A stretch of DNA of 64,000 nt, from the NCBI GenBank assembly GCA_024238995.1, contig JANBVL010000001.1:74059-138058 (forward strand). The letters are read 5' to 3'. A program made the position numbers and the translations under genes. Shown in pieces: positions 27,637 to 37,386 of this stretch. The notes under the pieces were generated by a model. That model was not told where the DNA came from and searched no databases. It saw nothing but the letters and a program-made list of their open reading frames with translations. The DNA is from Patescibacteria group bacterium. Its GTDB lineage: Bacteria > Patescibacteriota > Minisyncoccia > Minisyncoccales > JANBVM01. Numbering within the stretch: the stretch's first letter is position 1; each line of letters opens with the position of its first letter.

Positions 27637-28194
27637 TTATGGTTTTAATGGGAATGATTGCATCACTGAATACTCTGCGTCAGTTCGTTTTAATTGACTT
27701 TCCATTATTTCAATTGAGTTTACTTCAAAACTTAAATTAATGCCTTGTTCAATCTGCAGTCTTTCTTCTGGCTCAATATTTCTAAACTCCCATTGCCTTA
27801 ACCTAGCTAAAGTTATATGGGGACTATATGCTCTTTTTTCTTTTTTAAAAGAAAGATTAGACAATGAATTTTCTAAATCCGCTCGTAATTCTCCCAATTG
27901 CTCTGATATCTCACCTACTGCCCAAATCATTCTTGGTGTTTTTTTAGGCGGACCATAACAGATTTTATTTAAAGTTAAGGAAAAAAAATTATGATTTTTA
28001 ACAACTTGTTCTGTATTTTTTAGTATTTCAGATATTTCATCTTCTTGAACATAACCTAAAAAAAGCAAAGTAATATGAATATTTTGTTTTTTTGTCCATC
28101 TTGCTGGCAATTCCTGGTATTTTAAACTATAACCATTAAGCTTGTTTTTAACTTTTTCAGGCAAATTAATAGCAATAAAGAGTCTGTGGCGCAT
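27637..28194 (-). CDS. thpR: RNA 2',3'-cyclic phosphodiesterase (2H family, ThpR/LigT)
   Basis: Two HxT motifs (HITLLFLG and HITLAR) at the expected spacing. Confidence 0.85.
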   Translation of the reverse strand: MRHRLFIAINLPEKVKNKLNGYSLKYQELPARWTKKQNIHITLLFLGYVQEDEISEILKNTEQVVKNHNFFSLTLNKICYGPPKKTPRMIWAVGEISEQLGELRADLENSLSNLSFKKEKRAYSPHITLARLRQWEFRNIEPEERLQIEQGINLSFEVNSIEIMESQLKRTDAEYSVMQSFPLKP

Positions 28195-28274
28195 AATTTT
28201 ACTATAACACAGGTTTAAATTTAATAAAGCTATAATTGATGAATCTTTCTAAATAGTCTAAAATAAAAAAACAC

Positions 28275-29444
28275 ATGAAACAAAAACTTTTAGAGGTAGG
28301 AATAAGTGAGATAGCTGTTTCCATTCCAAAATGGCATATTGGCGTGGAAAAAATAGCTCAACAAGGCAGTCTGTCCAAAGAGTATGTAAGTGGAGGACTT
28401 GGCCTTATTCAAGCCAGAATCCCCTATCAAACCTCTCTAGAACAGCTAATAACCAGAGCGCTTAAGAAAATAAACCATCAAGACATTGATAGGTTTTTTA
28501 TTGCAACTGAATCAGACTATGATATTTCCAAAGCAGAAATAGGAATAACAACTATTAAAAACCTTAATCTTACTGCAGTTCCATTTCAATTGAAGTTTGC
28601 CTGTCTTTCAGGAGTCCAGGCATTGCTTTTAGCATGTGAATATACTGTTGCCCACAATAAACCTGCTATTGTCATAGCAGCAGACCGTTCAGTTTATGAA
28701 GATGAAAAAGCAGAAGTTACTCAAGGGGCAGGAGCAGTAGCTATTAGGATTGAACAAAACCCAAAACTATTAATATTAGACTTTAAAAACATTGGGCAAT
28801 ATTCAAAAGATATAAATGACTTTAGAGTGCCGATTAACACTGCTCCATTTCCAAAAGTTGATGGTCCTCTAACAAAACCAGCTTTTATAAAATGTATCAT
28901 TAAAGCAACTAATGACTACAAAACAAAAAATCAAGGATGTGATTCAATAGTAAAAACAGCCGACCATATTGTTATGCATACTCCATTTCCTAAAATGATT
29001 GTCTGGGCCTCAGCAGCGCTCTGGTATTATGAAAAATACAAAAGCGGATTAGATCTGCTAAAAGAATGTTTAATTAATCCTCAGTTATTTACTAAATTTA
29101 AAGAAATATTAGACAGGACGAGAAAAGCTCTGGATTTTCAGACATTCTTTCAGCAAAAAGTAAGACCCGGGCTTCGTTACAACCCCTATATTGGAAATTG
29201 CTATACAGTTTCTGTTTTTATTTCCTTAATTTCCGCTTTAGAGCAAGCTAAAAACAATCAAAATATCTGTATTATAGGCTATGGAGGTGGCTCAGGATCT
29301 TTAGCTTTAATGGGTAAATCAGTAAAATCTAACTTCCAAAGTGACTTAATTCATCAAATAAAAAATGGCAATGAATTAACCTTCCAGCAATATCAAGAGT
29401 GGCGAACTAATGCTGTAAAAAAAATAAGGGGGTCTCTGGCTTAA
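28275..29444 (+). CDS. mvaS: hydroxymethylglutaryl-CoA synthase
   Basis: ATESDYDISKA (the GTES.D Glu), catalytic Cys context FACLSGVQALLLACEY (compare EACYAATPAIQLAKDY), MHTPFPKM His motif, and GNCYTVSVFISL Asn motif. Confidence 0.78.
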   Translation: MKQKLLEVGISEIAVSIPKWHIGVEKIAQQGSLSKEYVSGGLGLIQARIPYQTSLEQLITRALKKINHQDIDRFFIATESDYDISKAEIGITTIKNLNLTAVPFQLKFACLSGVQALLLACEYTVAHNKPAIVIAADRSVYEDEKAEVTQGAGAVAIRIEQNPKLLILDFKNIGQYSKDINDFRVPINTAPFPKVDGPLTKPAFIKCIIKATNDYKTKNQGCDSIVKTADHIVMHTPFPKMIVWASAALWYYEKYKSGLDLLKECLINPQLFTKFKEILDRTRKALDFQTFFQQKVRPGLRYNPYIGNCYTVSVFISLISALEQAKNNQNICIIGYGGGSGSLALMGKSVKSNFQSDLIHQIKNGNELTFQQYQEWRTNAVKKIRGSLA

Positions 29445-29445
29445 T

Positions 29446-29745
29446 ATGAGATTTTCAATTAAAAATAAGAATAAATACAATTTTGCTATGTTGCTTAGAA
29501 AGATCGGATATAAGTATCTGGGCAAAACTGACAAGCAAGAGTATAATCTTGTTAAACCTTTTGAAAGAGGCGGTTATCCAAGATTTCATATTTATTTAAT
29601 AATCAATGAAAAAGAAATGGTTTTTAATATACATTTAGATCAAAAAAAACCTATATACAAAGGCGCTCCAGCTCACGGCGCTGATTATGAAGGCAAAGTT
29701 ATAGAACAAGAAGCTCAAAGAATAAAACAAGCTTTATTAGAATGA
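29446..29745 (+). CDS. hypothetical protein (99 aa)
   Basis: Tightly packed between mvaS (1-nt gap) and the next gene (4-nt overlap). No family recognised. Confidence 0.55.
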   Translation: MRFSIKNKNKYNFAMLLRKIGYKYLGKTDKQEYNLVKPFERGGYPRFHIYLIINEKEMVFNIHLDQKKPIYKGAPAHGADYEGKVIEQEAQRIKQALLE

Positions 29746-30410
29746 TTAATAAAAAAGTAGCTCAAATATTATACGAGATAGGAGACTTATTAGATATTCA
29801 GGGAGTAGCTTATAAACCTAAAGCTTATAGAAAGGCTGCCAAGACTTTAGGGGACCTGAAAGAAAATATTTCCCAAATTTATAAGAAACAAGGAATTAAG
29901 GGAATTAAAAAGATTCCAGGTATTGGGGAAAGCATTGCCAAAAAAATTGAAGAATATTTAAAAAAGAAAAGGATTAAATATCATGAAGAGCTAAAAGAAA
30001 AATCAACCATTCGACAAATTATTACTCATTATTTTAAAACCAAAGGACTGAGCTTAGCAGAACTTAAAAAAAACGCTAAAAAAAGAAAAATAGTTTACTC
30101 CCGCTTCACTAAGCCGGCTAAACAACTTCTGACACTAGCAGGTTCTGTGGAAAAAGCTAAAGCTGCAATTTCCAAAGTGGCCGGATGGGCAAAATCTAGG
30201 AATTTAGATTATGCGATTGAAACAGTTTTTAAAAAATGGCTGGAACTTGATAGATTAAAACCAAAAGAAATTGTCAAAAAACCATATTATAGAAACGATC
30301 CAATGATCTGGTCAGAAACAAAAAAAAAGTGGTATGTTATTGATAGAAACGGCGATTGGCTTGAATTTGCTGATCAAGAATCAAAAATTGAATGGCGTAT
30401 TGTTAAATAA
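29742..30410 (+). CDS. helix-hairpin-helix protein with Pol X N-terminal-like domain
   Basis: VAQILYEIGDLLDIQGVAYKPKAYRKAAKTLGDL...IPGIGESIAKKIEEYL resembles the family X polymerase 8-kDa/HhH region. No polymerase palm is present. Confidence 0.6.
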   Translation: MINKKVAQILYEIGDLLDIQGVAYKPKAYRKAAKTLGDLKENISQIYKKQGIKGIKKIPGIGESIAKKIEEYLKKKRIKYHEELKEKSTIRQIITHYFKTKGLSLAELKKNAKKRKIVYSRFTKPAKQLLTLAGSVEKAKAAISKVAGWAKSRNLDYAIETVFKKWLELDRLKPKEIVKKPYYRNDPMIWSETKKKWYVIDRNGDWLEFADQESKIEWRIVK

Positions 30411-30417
30411 TAGAATT

Positions 30418-30978
30418 ATGCTCTCTTATTCAGAATTAAAAAGAAAATCAAGGATTATTATAGATAAAGAACCATATGAAATAATAGAAGCAAACTCTAC
30501 TGTAAAAGCTAGGGGCTCCTCTGTTTTGCAAACCAAGTTAAGGAATTTAAAAACAGGGAATGTAGTTTCTAAAACATTTCATCCTTCAGATTCTTTAGAA
30601 GAACCTGAAATTTCAAAATTAGAAGTAAAATTCATTTATTCTCATAAAGATAAATTTGTCTTCACTAAAAAAGATAATCCATCTGAAAGATTTGAATTAA
30701 CAGCTGGCCAGATTGGTGAACAAGTAATTTTTTTAACACAAAATTCTATAGTAGAAGCTTTAGTCTTTAATAATGAAGTAATTAATATTTCCCTGCCCAT
30801 TAAAGTGAACTTAAGAGTCAAAGAAGCTCCGCCAAGCGTAAAAGGAGAATCTCAATCTGGGAATAAAAGTGTTGTTTTAGAAACTGGAGCTAAAATCACT
30901 GTCCCCTCTTTTATAAAAACTGGGGATGTTGTTGAAGTGAATACTGAGAGTAAAGAGTATGTAAGAAGGATTGAGTAA
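30418..30978 (+). CDS. efp: elongation factor P
   Basis: The EF-P N-terminus MLSYSELKRKSRIIIDKEPYEIIEA begins at ATG 30418. The track start 30334 overlaps the previous gene and adds non-EF-P residues. Confidence 0.92.
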   Translation: MLSYSELKRKSRIIIDKEPYEIIEANSTVKARGSSVLQTKLRNLKTGNVVSKTFHPSDSLEEPEISKLEVKFIYSHKDKFVFTKKDNPSERFELTAGQIGEQVIFLTQNSIVEALVFNNEVINISLPIKVNLRVKEAPPSVKGESQSGNKSVVLETGAKITVPSFIKTGDVVEVNTESKEYVRRIE

Positions 30979-31007
30979 ATAGTAATTTAAACCCCAAAAT
31001 GGAAAGA

Positions 31008-31030
31008 GGAAGCAATATATTATTGCTTCC
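31008..31030. terminator. bidirectional hairpin terminator between convergent genes
   Basis: ggaagcaata-tat-tattgcttcc is a perfect 10-bp stem with T/A-rich flanks. Confidence 0.6.
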
Positions 31031-31054
31031 TATAAATTATTTAATCTACCCTAT

Positions 31055-31390
31055 TTACAGAGTAAAGTGTTGTTTAATCAGCTCTAAAAAAATGTCTTTT
31101 TCAACTGGTCCTACATCCAGGCCCCTTACTATCAACATGATAATATTTAGGGTATTGATGGATAGTTCACTAAGATGATTTTTAGCAAACTCGGAAAGAA
31201 TTTCTTGCTTATTCATTCCTATGCCTTGATCTTCAACCATTTTCATAGTTACATCTATGCCCAGTGCCTCACCAACACTGATTTCGGACTTCTCAAAGAA
31301 ATCTGGACTTTCTTTTAGAGTTTTTCTCAATTGATTTGCTTGTTTTTGTAGCTGTTCTATAAAGATATCTTCTTTCGTTTTCTCTTTCAT
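31055..31390 (-). CDS. hypothetical protein (111 aa)
   Basis: Clean helical ORF with its own promoter. No family recognised. Confidence 0.5.
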   Translation of the reverse strand: MKEKTKEDIFIEQLQKQANQLRKTLKESPDFFEKSEISVGEALGIDVTMKMVEDQGIGMNKQEILSEFAKNHLSELSINTLNIIMLIVRGLDVGPVEKDIFLELIKQHFTL

Positions 31391-31424
31391 TTTTATCGCC
31401 AGATGGTATTAGCCATCCAAATAA

Positions 31425-31453
31425 AGTATACAACTATTGTACTATTTTGTCAA
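31425..31453 (-). promoter_or_regulatory. sigma70-type promoter
   Basis: Minus strand reads TTGACA, a 17-nt spacer, then TATACT. Confidence 0.55.
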
Positions 31454-31513
31454 TATTACTTAAGCCAGTGAACAAGCGCGGGCTGATAATTTTAACTACT
31501 ATTAAAATATCGT

Positions 31514-33247
31514 TTATTCTAATTCTTTTTCTATGTCTTCAATCTCCTTGCCAATGAAATCCTGAACAATTTTAAAGTCTTCTCTTAAATCATCGTAAAG
31601 TTTCCTTTCCTTTTTATTAAAACCAGACCGTGAATCAAACATCTCAATTTGACTCTCAACCTCCTTTTCTAGCAATTCAAATCCTCGAAGAACGCTCTTT
31701 CTTACTTCCCGAGTCTCTTTTCGCAACGTCTTTTTTGTCTGCCCGACATTATAAACAAGGTATCCTATAAAAAGAAATCCTAGGAACAAAGATAAAGATA
31801 AAAACAGAATTATGCTTTTAAAAGAAATTGTGAATATGCCTAAGGATATGCCGCTTAATGATACTTCAATTTTATGAACATCTGAATCATTGCTGAAAAC
31901 TCCTCTTTCATCCTGTACTTTAGCTGATAAGGAATAAATGCCTGACTGGACTAGCTCTTTTGTAGAAAAAGACCATTCTCCTAGTTGATTGCTTCTGCTG
32001 TACCATTCTTTCACATTTTGGCCATTTTTTTCCAAAGAAATTATGATCTTAACTTCAGGCAGCGCTTGGCCCTCAAGATAGAATATTTCTTCTCCAGCAA
32101 TATATTTTTCCGGCCAGACACTAATAACAGGAGTTTCAATAGGCTCTATGTCAACCAAAGTATTTGCTTGAGCGCTATTACCAGCCCTATCTACTGCTCT
32201 GACTATGATTCTGTGACTGCCTGGAACCTGAAAAGGCATAGAAAAAGGATTAATCTGGGCAAGCAGCACATTATAAAAGTCTCCTTCTCCAATTTTAAGC
32301 TCATAACGACTGATTCCTGAAACGTCATCATCTGTTTCAAAATACAAGTCTGGTTCAGGATTAGTAACATCTCCTTTATTATCAATTGTCACTTCAAATG
32401 GATAAGGCGACAGGTTGTCAACTTGAATCCTATAATGAACTGATTGAGTCCATTCTGTTTCATTTTCTAATCTAAGATGGAAATACCATACACCATCAGC
32501 AACTCCTTTATAGGTTTTAGATTGAATCAAACCTTCAGATTTAGTATCAGGTATGGTTTCTGAATTTTGATCTAACAAGAAGCTAACTCCAGTAGTGTCA
32601 GGTGTTAACACCCATTGGAAATAAGGGTCATTGTTGTTATACCATTCGTCTTGCTGGACATGGGTTGGACTAAAAATCTGCAAAGGAGCAGTTTCTAATT
32701 CAGATTGAGAAATAACTGTTGTTTGTTGAATAAAATACTTAGCTTCCTTAAGAAAGAGTAAAACATTTGTTCCTTCTCCATCATCAGCTAAAATCTTACC
32801 CTCACCAAAGGCAATATGAACTATTCCTTGTTTTTTCCCTTTAAAGTTTATGGTTATTATGTTTCCTATTTGCTGAAAACCAGGATGCGGCAACCCTCCA
32901 GCAAATGAAATTGTACCGTCAGAATTAGAAAAAGCTGGTTCTTCTGGCCAAAGAGCAAAAACAGAATCATCTTGGGAAATACTTAACACCTCTAGTGTAT
33001 CAGCAGGAAAATGAATAACAGCTTGAGCAGAATTAATAGGGATATCTCCTGTCTTGATTTTCACTTCCACAGAAAAACTATCTCCTAATTTAAAAGTTTC
33101 ACTGCCAGGAGAAAGAAAAAGTGAAGATCCTTTAACCTCAACAGCCTGGCTTATTCTTACACCTAAAACCAGCACCAGAACAACACCAAGAAGAAAAACA
33201 ACAATACTGACTATGCTTTTTTTACATTTGTTAATATTTTTAATCAT
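31514..33247 (-). CDS. cohesin-like single-pass membrane protein, paralog 6 (577 aa, extra Ig-like domain)
   Basis: Signal peptide, then SLFLSPGSETFKLGDSFSVEVKIKTGDIPINSAQAVIHFPADTLEVLSIS...GTISFAGGLP. The middle motif is DGVWYFHLR. There is a C-terminal TM (ILFLSLSLFLGFLFIGYLVY) and a charged tail. Confidence 0.75.
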   Translation of the reverse strand: MIKNINKCKKSIVSIVVFLLGVVLVLVLGVRISQAVEVKGSSLFLSPGSETFKLGDSFSVEVKIKTGDIPINSAQAVIHFPADTLEVLSISQDDSVFALWPEEPAFSNSDGTISFAGGLPHPGFQQIGNIITINFKGKKQGIVHIAFGEGKILADDGEGTNVLLFLKEAKYFIQQTTVISQSELETAPLQIFSPTHVQQDEWYNNNDPYFQWVLTPDTTGVSFLLDQNSETIPDTKSEGLIQSKTYKGVADGVWYFHLRLENETEWTQSVHYRIQVDNLSPYPFEVTIDNKGDVTNPEPDLYFETDDDVSGISRYELKIGEGDFYNVLLAQINPFSMPFQVPGSHRIIVRAVDRAGNSAQANTLVDIEPIETPVISVWPEKYIAGEEIFYLEGQALPEVKIIISLEKNGQNVKEWYSRSNQLGEWSFSTKELVQSGIYSLSAKVQDERGVFSNDSDVHKIEVSLSGISLGIFTISFKSIILFLSLSLFLGFLFIGYLVYNVGQTKKTLRKETREVRKSVLRGFELLEKEVESQIEMFDSRSGFNKKERKLYDDLREDFKIVQDFIGKEIEDIEKELE

Positions 33248-34552
33248 CTACATTTTATGTATTTTTCTTTTTAATTCTTCTTCTTTTTTCTTCCATTCAG
33301 TCTTAACTTTATCTAAAACATCCATCCTTTTATAAATGTATTTATGGCTTTTCCACCAGCGAGAGATATTTATGGCAATGAAGATTGATAAAGGAACAAG
33401 AAACAGAATCGCCTTCCACCAAGAAAGGAAAATAGTAAATATGCTTATCCCGCTTTTTGAAATGTAAAATAATCTTGTGCTGGGAATAATTTCTATTCTT
33501 TCTGAAGCATCCTGCCAATTCATAGCTTGGTCATAGGCTCTTACTACTATCTCATATTCTCCTAAGTCAAGATTATGCAGCCGGTAAGGACTATTCACTT
33601 CTACAAAGAAACTGGCTTCTTTGTTCTGAACAGTTTTTCTAAGATTAACTGCTTTCATTTCATAATGATCTAAGCCAGAAAGAGCATCAGTAGTAATAAA
33701 AGAAACAACTGGCGCTCTGGCAGCAGTAACTGGTGAGTTGGGGGTAGGTTCAAAGCTAAGTTTAAAAATGGCTGGTGGAGTTGTATCTATTTGAACAAGA
33801 TAATGAGTAACCCCTCCCCAACCTCCTCCTTTCTTGGCTTTTATGTGAAAATACCATATTCCATCTTCTAAATCGACGTAAGAAACTGACGCATGACTTC
33901 CCTCAGAAATATTATCTGGTACTGTATGAAAATTCTGGTCAATACTATAGCTGAAATCAGTTACTCCTGTTTCTTTTTGCCAAGCAAAAGCTGGATTATT
34001 GTTTTTGTACCATTTATTTTGGTCAGTGTAAGTAGAAGAAAATACTTTTGGTCCTGCTGGCGGAGGAATCTTTAAACTATAAAAGCCCTCTCCCATTGAA
34101 GTTAAAATATTAGTTCCTTTGCCATCGTCTAAAAGAACCTGAGAAGAATCTAAGAATTCAATAAAAGTTTCTCCTGGAGAAATGACTCTAAAAGTAATTG
34201 TAGAAACCAATCCCGAAGAAGTGTTGATTCCTGGAGATGGCACTCCTCCTTGAAAAGAAACAGTTCCTTCAATATTAGAATAAGTGGGTTGAGCAATCCA
34301 GACTGAAATGAATGATTTTCCAGCAACCGGGCTAGCTACCTGAAGTTTTCTAGGATCAAATTTCAAATCTACTTCTACGGCATTAATATCATTTCCTCCA
34401 GTATTAACAAAAATAGAAACATTAAAAGTGCTTCCAATGAAAAAAGTGCCAATATTAGGAGAGAAATACAAAGAAGCACCTTCAGCACTAACGACAAAAG
34501 GCACGAAAAAGGAAAATATTATAATAAATACTATATAAAATGATTTTTTCAT
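33248..34552 (-). CDS. cohesin-like single-pass membrane protein, paralog 5
   Basis: ASLYFSPNIGTFFIGSTFNVSIFVNTGGNDINAVEVDLKFDPRKLQV...GTVSFQGGVPSPGI, then DGIWYFHIKAKKGG, a C-terminal TM, and a Lys/Glu tail. Confidence 0.78.
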   Translation of the reverse strand: MKKSFYIVFIIIFSFFVPFVVSAEGASLYFSPNIGTFFIGSTFNVSIFVNTGGNDINAVEVDLKFDPRKLQVASPVAGKSFISVWIAQPTYSNIEGTVSFQGGVPSPGINTSSGLVSTITFRVISPGETFIEFLDSSQVLLDDGKGTNILTSMGEGFYSLKIPPPAGPKVFSSTYTDQNKWYKNNNPAFAWQKETGVTDFSYSIDQNFHTVPDNISEGSHASVSYVDLEDGIWYFHIKAKKGGGWGGVTHYLVQIDTTPPAIFKLSFEPTPNSPVTAARAPVVSFITTDALSGLDHYEMKAVNLRKTVQNKEASFFVEVNSPYRLHNLDLGEYEIVVRAYDQAMNWQDASERIEIIPSTRLFYISKSGISIFTIFLSWWKAILFLVPLSIFIAINISRWWKSHKYIYKRMDVLDKVKTEWKKKEEELKRKIHKM

Positions 34553-34588
34553 CGCTAATAATATAATTATAGCATACTCTAAAGTCTG

Positions 34589-36016
34589 CTAAATTCCTTT
34601 ATTTGATTCATTATTATTGAAAGGAGGTTTTTCACCTCTTAATTTTCTTGCTAATCTCTCTGCTTCTTCTACTTCTTTTCCTTCTTCAGGCTTTATTTTA
34701 CGGATTTTCTCCTCTAATTTCTTAACATCTTCAATCTCTTTTTCAGCTTGTTCTACTTCTTTGCGCAATCTTACTGACAAGTCTTTTCTTTGCTTACGCT
34801 GATATATTAAAATTCCCGAAACAATACCTATCAATAATATCATATAAGCTAACCACCAAGGAAAGAATAAATCCCTTATCCTTAATCCCTGACTATCGTA
34901 AAAAATAAAAGAATTAACAATATTTAAAGTTGTTTTAGCTTCAGTGGAATTTCCAGCTTTATCATATGTCATAACAATAATAGCGTATTTCCCTGCCCTC
35001 TCAAACGGAATTCTATAAGGTGAAACCACTTCTATGAAAAATGGATTGGCTTCACTTTTAGAATCAGAAAGATCAACTATGCTAACTTCATAATAATCAA
35101 TGCCAGAAAGCAAATCATCAGTAGAAAAATAAGCGAAGAATCTTGATCCAGTTACCCCGCCTATTGTTTCAATATCAATTTTAAATTCTTGAGGAGGGAT
35201 AGCATCAATATGCAAAGGATAATGAGTGGTTCCTCCAAAAACACCTCCTTTTTTTGCTTTTATATGAAAATACCAGATTCCATTTTTAACATCATTAAAA
35301 GTAACTGAATTCTCTTTACCTTCAGAAATATTGTCTGGGATTCCTTGAGGGTCTTGGTCTAAACTATAACTAAAATCAGTTACTCCTGGTTCTGTACTCC
35401 AAAAAAAACTTGGGTTATTGTTTTTATACCAAGTAGTAAGGCTGGGATGAGTGGGCGAAAAAAGCTTGGGTCCTTCAGGCGGAGAAAGTACTAAAGTATA
35501 GTTTCCAATAGCAGTGCTTTTAAGAATATTTGTGCCTTTTCCATCAGCCAGTAAAACCTTTGAAGAATCTGAAAATGAGATGGTAACTATTCCTGGAGCT
35601 TTGGCTCGAAAACTAATTGTTGACACCAAACCAGCTGAGGTTTTGATTCCAGGAGAAGGCACGCCTCCTTTAAAACTAATAATGCCTTGTTTATTTGAAT
35701 AAAACGGCTGGTCAGCCCAAACTGAAATAAAAGAAGAGCCAGCAGTTGGACTGGTAACTTGAAGAAGACCTGGTGAGAATTCTAAATCTACTTGAACAGC
35801 ATTAATACTGCTTCCTTCAGTATTTACAAAAACAGAAACATCAAAAGTAGTGCCAACAAAAAAAGTGCCCTGATAAGGAGAGAGATACAAAGAAGCACTT
35901 TCTCCTTCTGCTTTTGTTGGTTTGATTAAAAAAGCTCCTAATAGAAAGACCACGATAAACAAAGCTATAATCTTAATAAGCTTTCCTGTTTTTTCTAATA
36001 TAAAATTCTGCTTCAT
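34589..36016 (-). CDS. cohesin-like single-pass membrane protein, paralog 4
   Basis: ASLYLSPYQGTFFVGTTFDVSVFVNTEGSSINAVQVDLEFSPGLLQV..., then NGIWYFHIKAKKGG, TM AYMILLIGIVSGILIY, and a coiled-coil-like tail. Confidence 0.78.
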   Translation of the reverse strand: MKQNFILEKTGKLIKIIALFIVVFLLGAFLIKPTKAEGESASLYLSPYQGTFFVGTTFDVSVFVNTEGSSINAVQVDLEFSPGLLQVTSPTAGSSFISVWADQPFYSNKQGIISFKGGVPSPGIKTSAGLVSTISFRAKAPGIVTISFSDSSKVLLADGKGTNILKSTAIGNYTLVLSPPEGPKLFSPTHPSLTTWYKNNNPSFFWSTEPGVTDFSYSLDQDPQGIPDNISEGKENSVTFNDVKNGIWYFHIKAKKGGVFGGTTHYPLHIDAIPPQEFKIDIETIGGVTGSRFFAYFSTDDLLSGIDYYEVSIVDLSDSKSEANPFFIEVVSPYRIPFERAGKYAIIVMTYDKAGNSTEAKTTLNIVNSFIFYDSQGLRIRDLFFPWWLAYMILLIGIVSGILIYQRKQRKDLSVRLRKEVEQAEKEIEDVKKLEEKIRKIKPEEGKEVEEAERLARKLRGEKPPFNNNESNKGI

Positions 36017-37371
36017 TTTTCTTCTTGTGATGATTTTTCTTTTTCCTTTAATTTCTTTTCCAATTCTTGTTTTTTTTCTTCAAACTCTTCTGCAAATTCT
36101 TCTGTAGCTTCTTCTGTTTTTCTTTTTCTTTTTTCAATCTTTTTAATTTCAGACAAAGCTTCTTCAATTTCTTTTGTCGCTTTTTTAAATCCAAGCTTAC
36201 CTCTTCTCTTATAGGCCGCTACAACCAAATACCCAATCCCAAATCCAATTGCATAAATTAAACTCCGTGGAAGAAGAAAGTTTTTGAATTGAAGTCCTTT
36301 ACCTTCAATGTAAGAAAGAACTGGACTAATCAATCGAAAAGTAATTTGCTCCTGTCTTAAATTGCCTGATTTATCAAAAACCCTGACAATAATGTTATAT
36401 CTTCCAGATTTCTCATAAGGAATTTTATAAGGAGAAACAGCTTCAGTAAAAAAAGGCTGTGAAAGTTCAGGCTCTCTAAGATCTCTCAAACTAATTTCAT
36501 AATAGTCTATGCCTGAATAAATATCTTTGGTTTCAAAATAAATAAAGCGGGAATAAGTATCAATCTCTGGATTAAAACTTTGAGGCGGATTATTATCTAT
36601 CTTTATTATATAATGACTAGTCTTACCCCAAACTCCTGACTTTTTAGCCCTTAAGTGAAAATACCAGATGCCGTCTGCAACATCTGCATAAGATTTAAAG
36701 TTAATGTCTCCCTCAGATACTTCATCTGGCTCTTCTTGCGGATTTTGAGAAAGACTAAAGCTAAAATCAGTCATGCCATACTCCCTTATCCAATTAAAAG
36801 AAGGGTTATTATCCTGATACCAGACATCAAGATCTGGATGCGATGTCGATAAAAGCCTTGGTCCTTCTGAAGGTGGTACTGAAATCTGATAACTGCCTCC
36901 AATTAATATAGGAGAAATTGATGTGCCTTTCCCGTTATTAAGCAGAACTTTTGAAGAATCTAAAAATCCTATATTCGCTTTCCCAGGCATCTTGGCCCTG
37001 AAAGTAATGGTTGAAATCAATCCTGCAGAAGTAGTAATTCCTCCTGGCATTCCTCCTCTGAAAGAAATCTTTCCTGTGGCATTAGAATAAGTTGGAGGAG
37101 AAAGCCATTGAGAAACAAAAGATTCTCCACTGACTGGGCTAGTAACCTGAATTATGTCTGGAGGGAATGTTAAATCCACATCTACTGCATTAACCTCTTC
37201 GCCTTTAGTATTTATATATATAGATACATTAAAAGTGCTTCCCATGAAAAAAGTGCCGCTCTTGGGAGAAAGATATAAAGTGGCAGTGTCAGCTTTAACC
37301 ATTATGGGCACCATACCAATCATTGCTGATACAAAAGTAAATATTAATAAAGTAATAATGCTTTTTTTCAT
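36013..37371 (-). CDS. cohesin-like single-pass membrane protein, paralog 3
   Basis: ATLYLSPKSGTFFMGSTFNVSIYINTKGEEVNAVDVDLTFPPDIIQV..., then DGIWYFHLRAKKSG, a TM, and a Glu/Lys tail. Confidence 0.78.
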   Translation of the reverse strand: MKKSIITLLIFTFVSAMIGMVPIMVKADTATLYLSPKSGTFFMGSTFNVSIYINTKGEEVNAVDVDLTFPPDIIQVTSPVSGESFVSQWLSPPTYSNATGKISFRGGMPGGITTSAGLISTITFRAKMPGKANIGFLDSSKVLLNNGKGTSISPILIGGSYQISVPPSEGPRLLSTSHPDLDVWYQDNNPSFNWIREYGMTDFSFSLSQNPQEEPDEVSEGDINFKSYADVADGIWYFHLRAKKSGVWGKTSHYIIKIDNNPPQSFNPEIDTYSRFIYFETKDIYSGIDYYEISLRDLREPELSQPFFTEAVSPYKIPYEKSGRYNIIVRVFDKSGNLRQEQITFRLISPVLSYIEGKGLQFKNFLLPRSLIYAIGFGIGYLVVAAYKRRGKLGFKKATKEIEEALSEIKKIEKRKRKTEEATEEFAEEFEEKKQELEKKLKEKEKSSQEEK

Positions 37372-37386
37372 TCTTTAATTTGAGAG

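Noticed and set aside
30334-30417. N-terminal extension of efp from the track start
   Set aside because: It overlaps the preceding gene by 77 nt and adds residues foreign to EF-P. The canonical EF-P N-terminus begins at ATG 30418.
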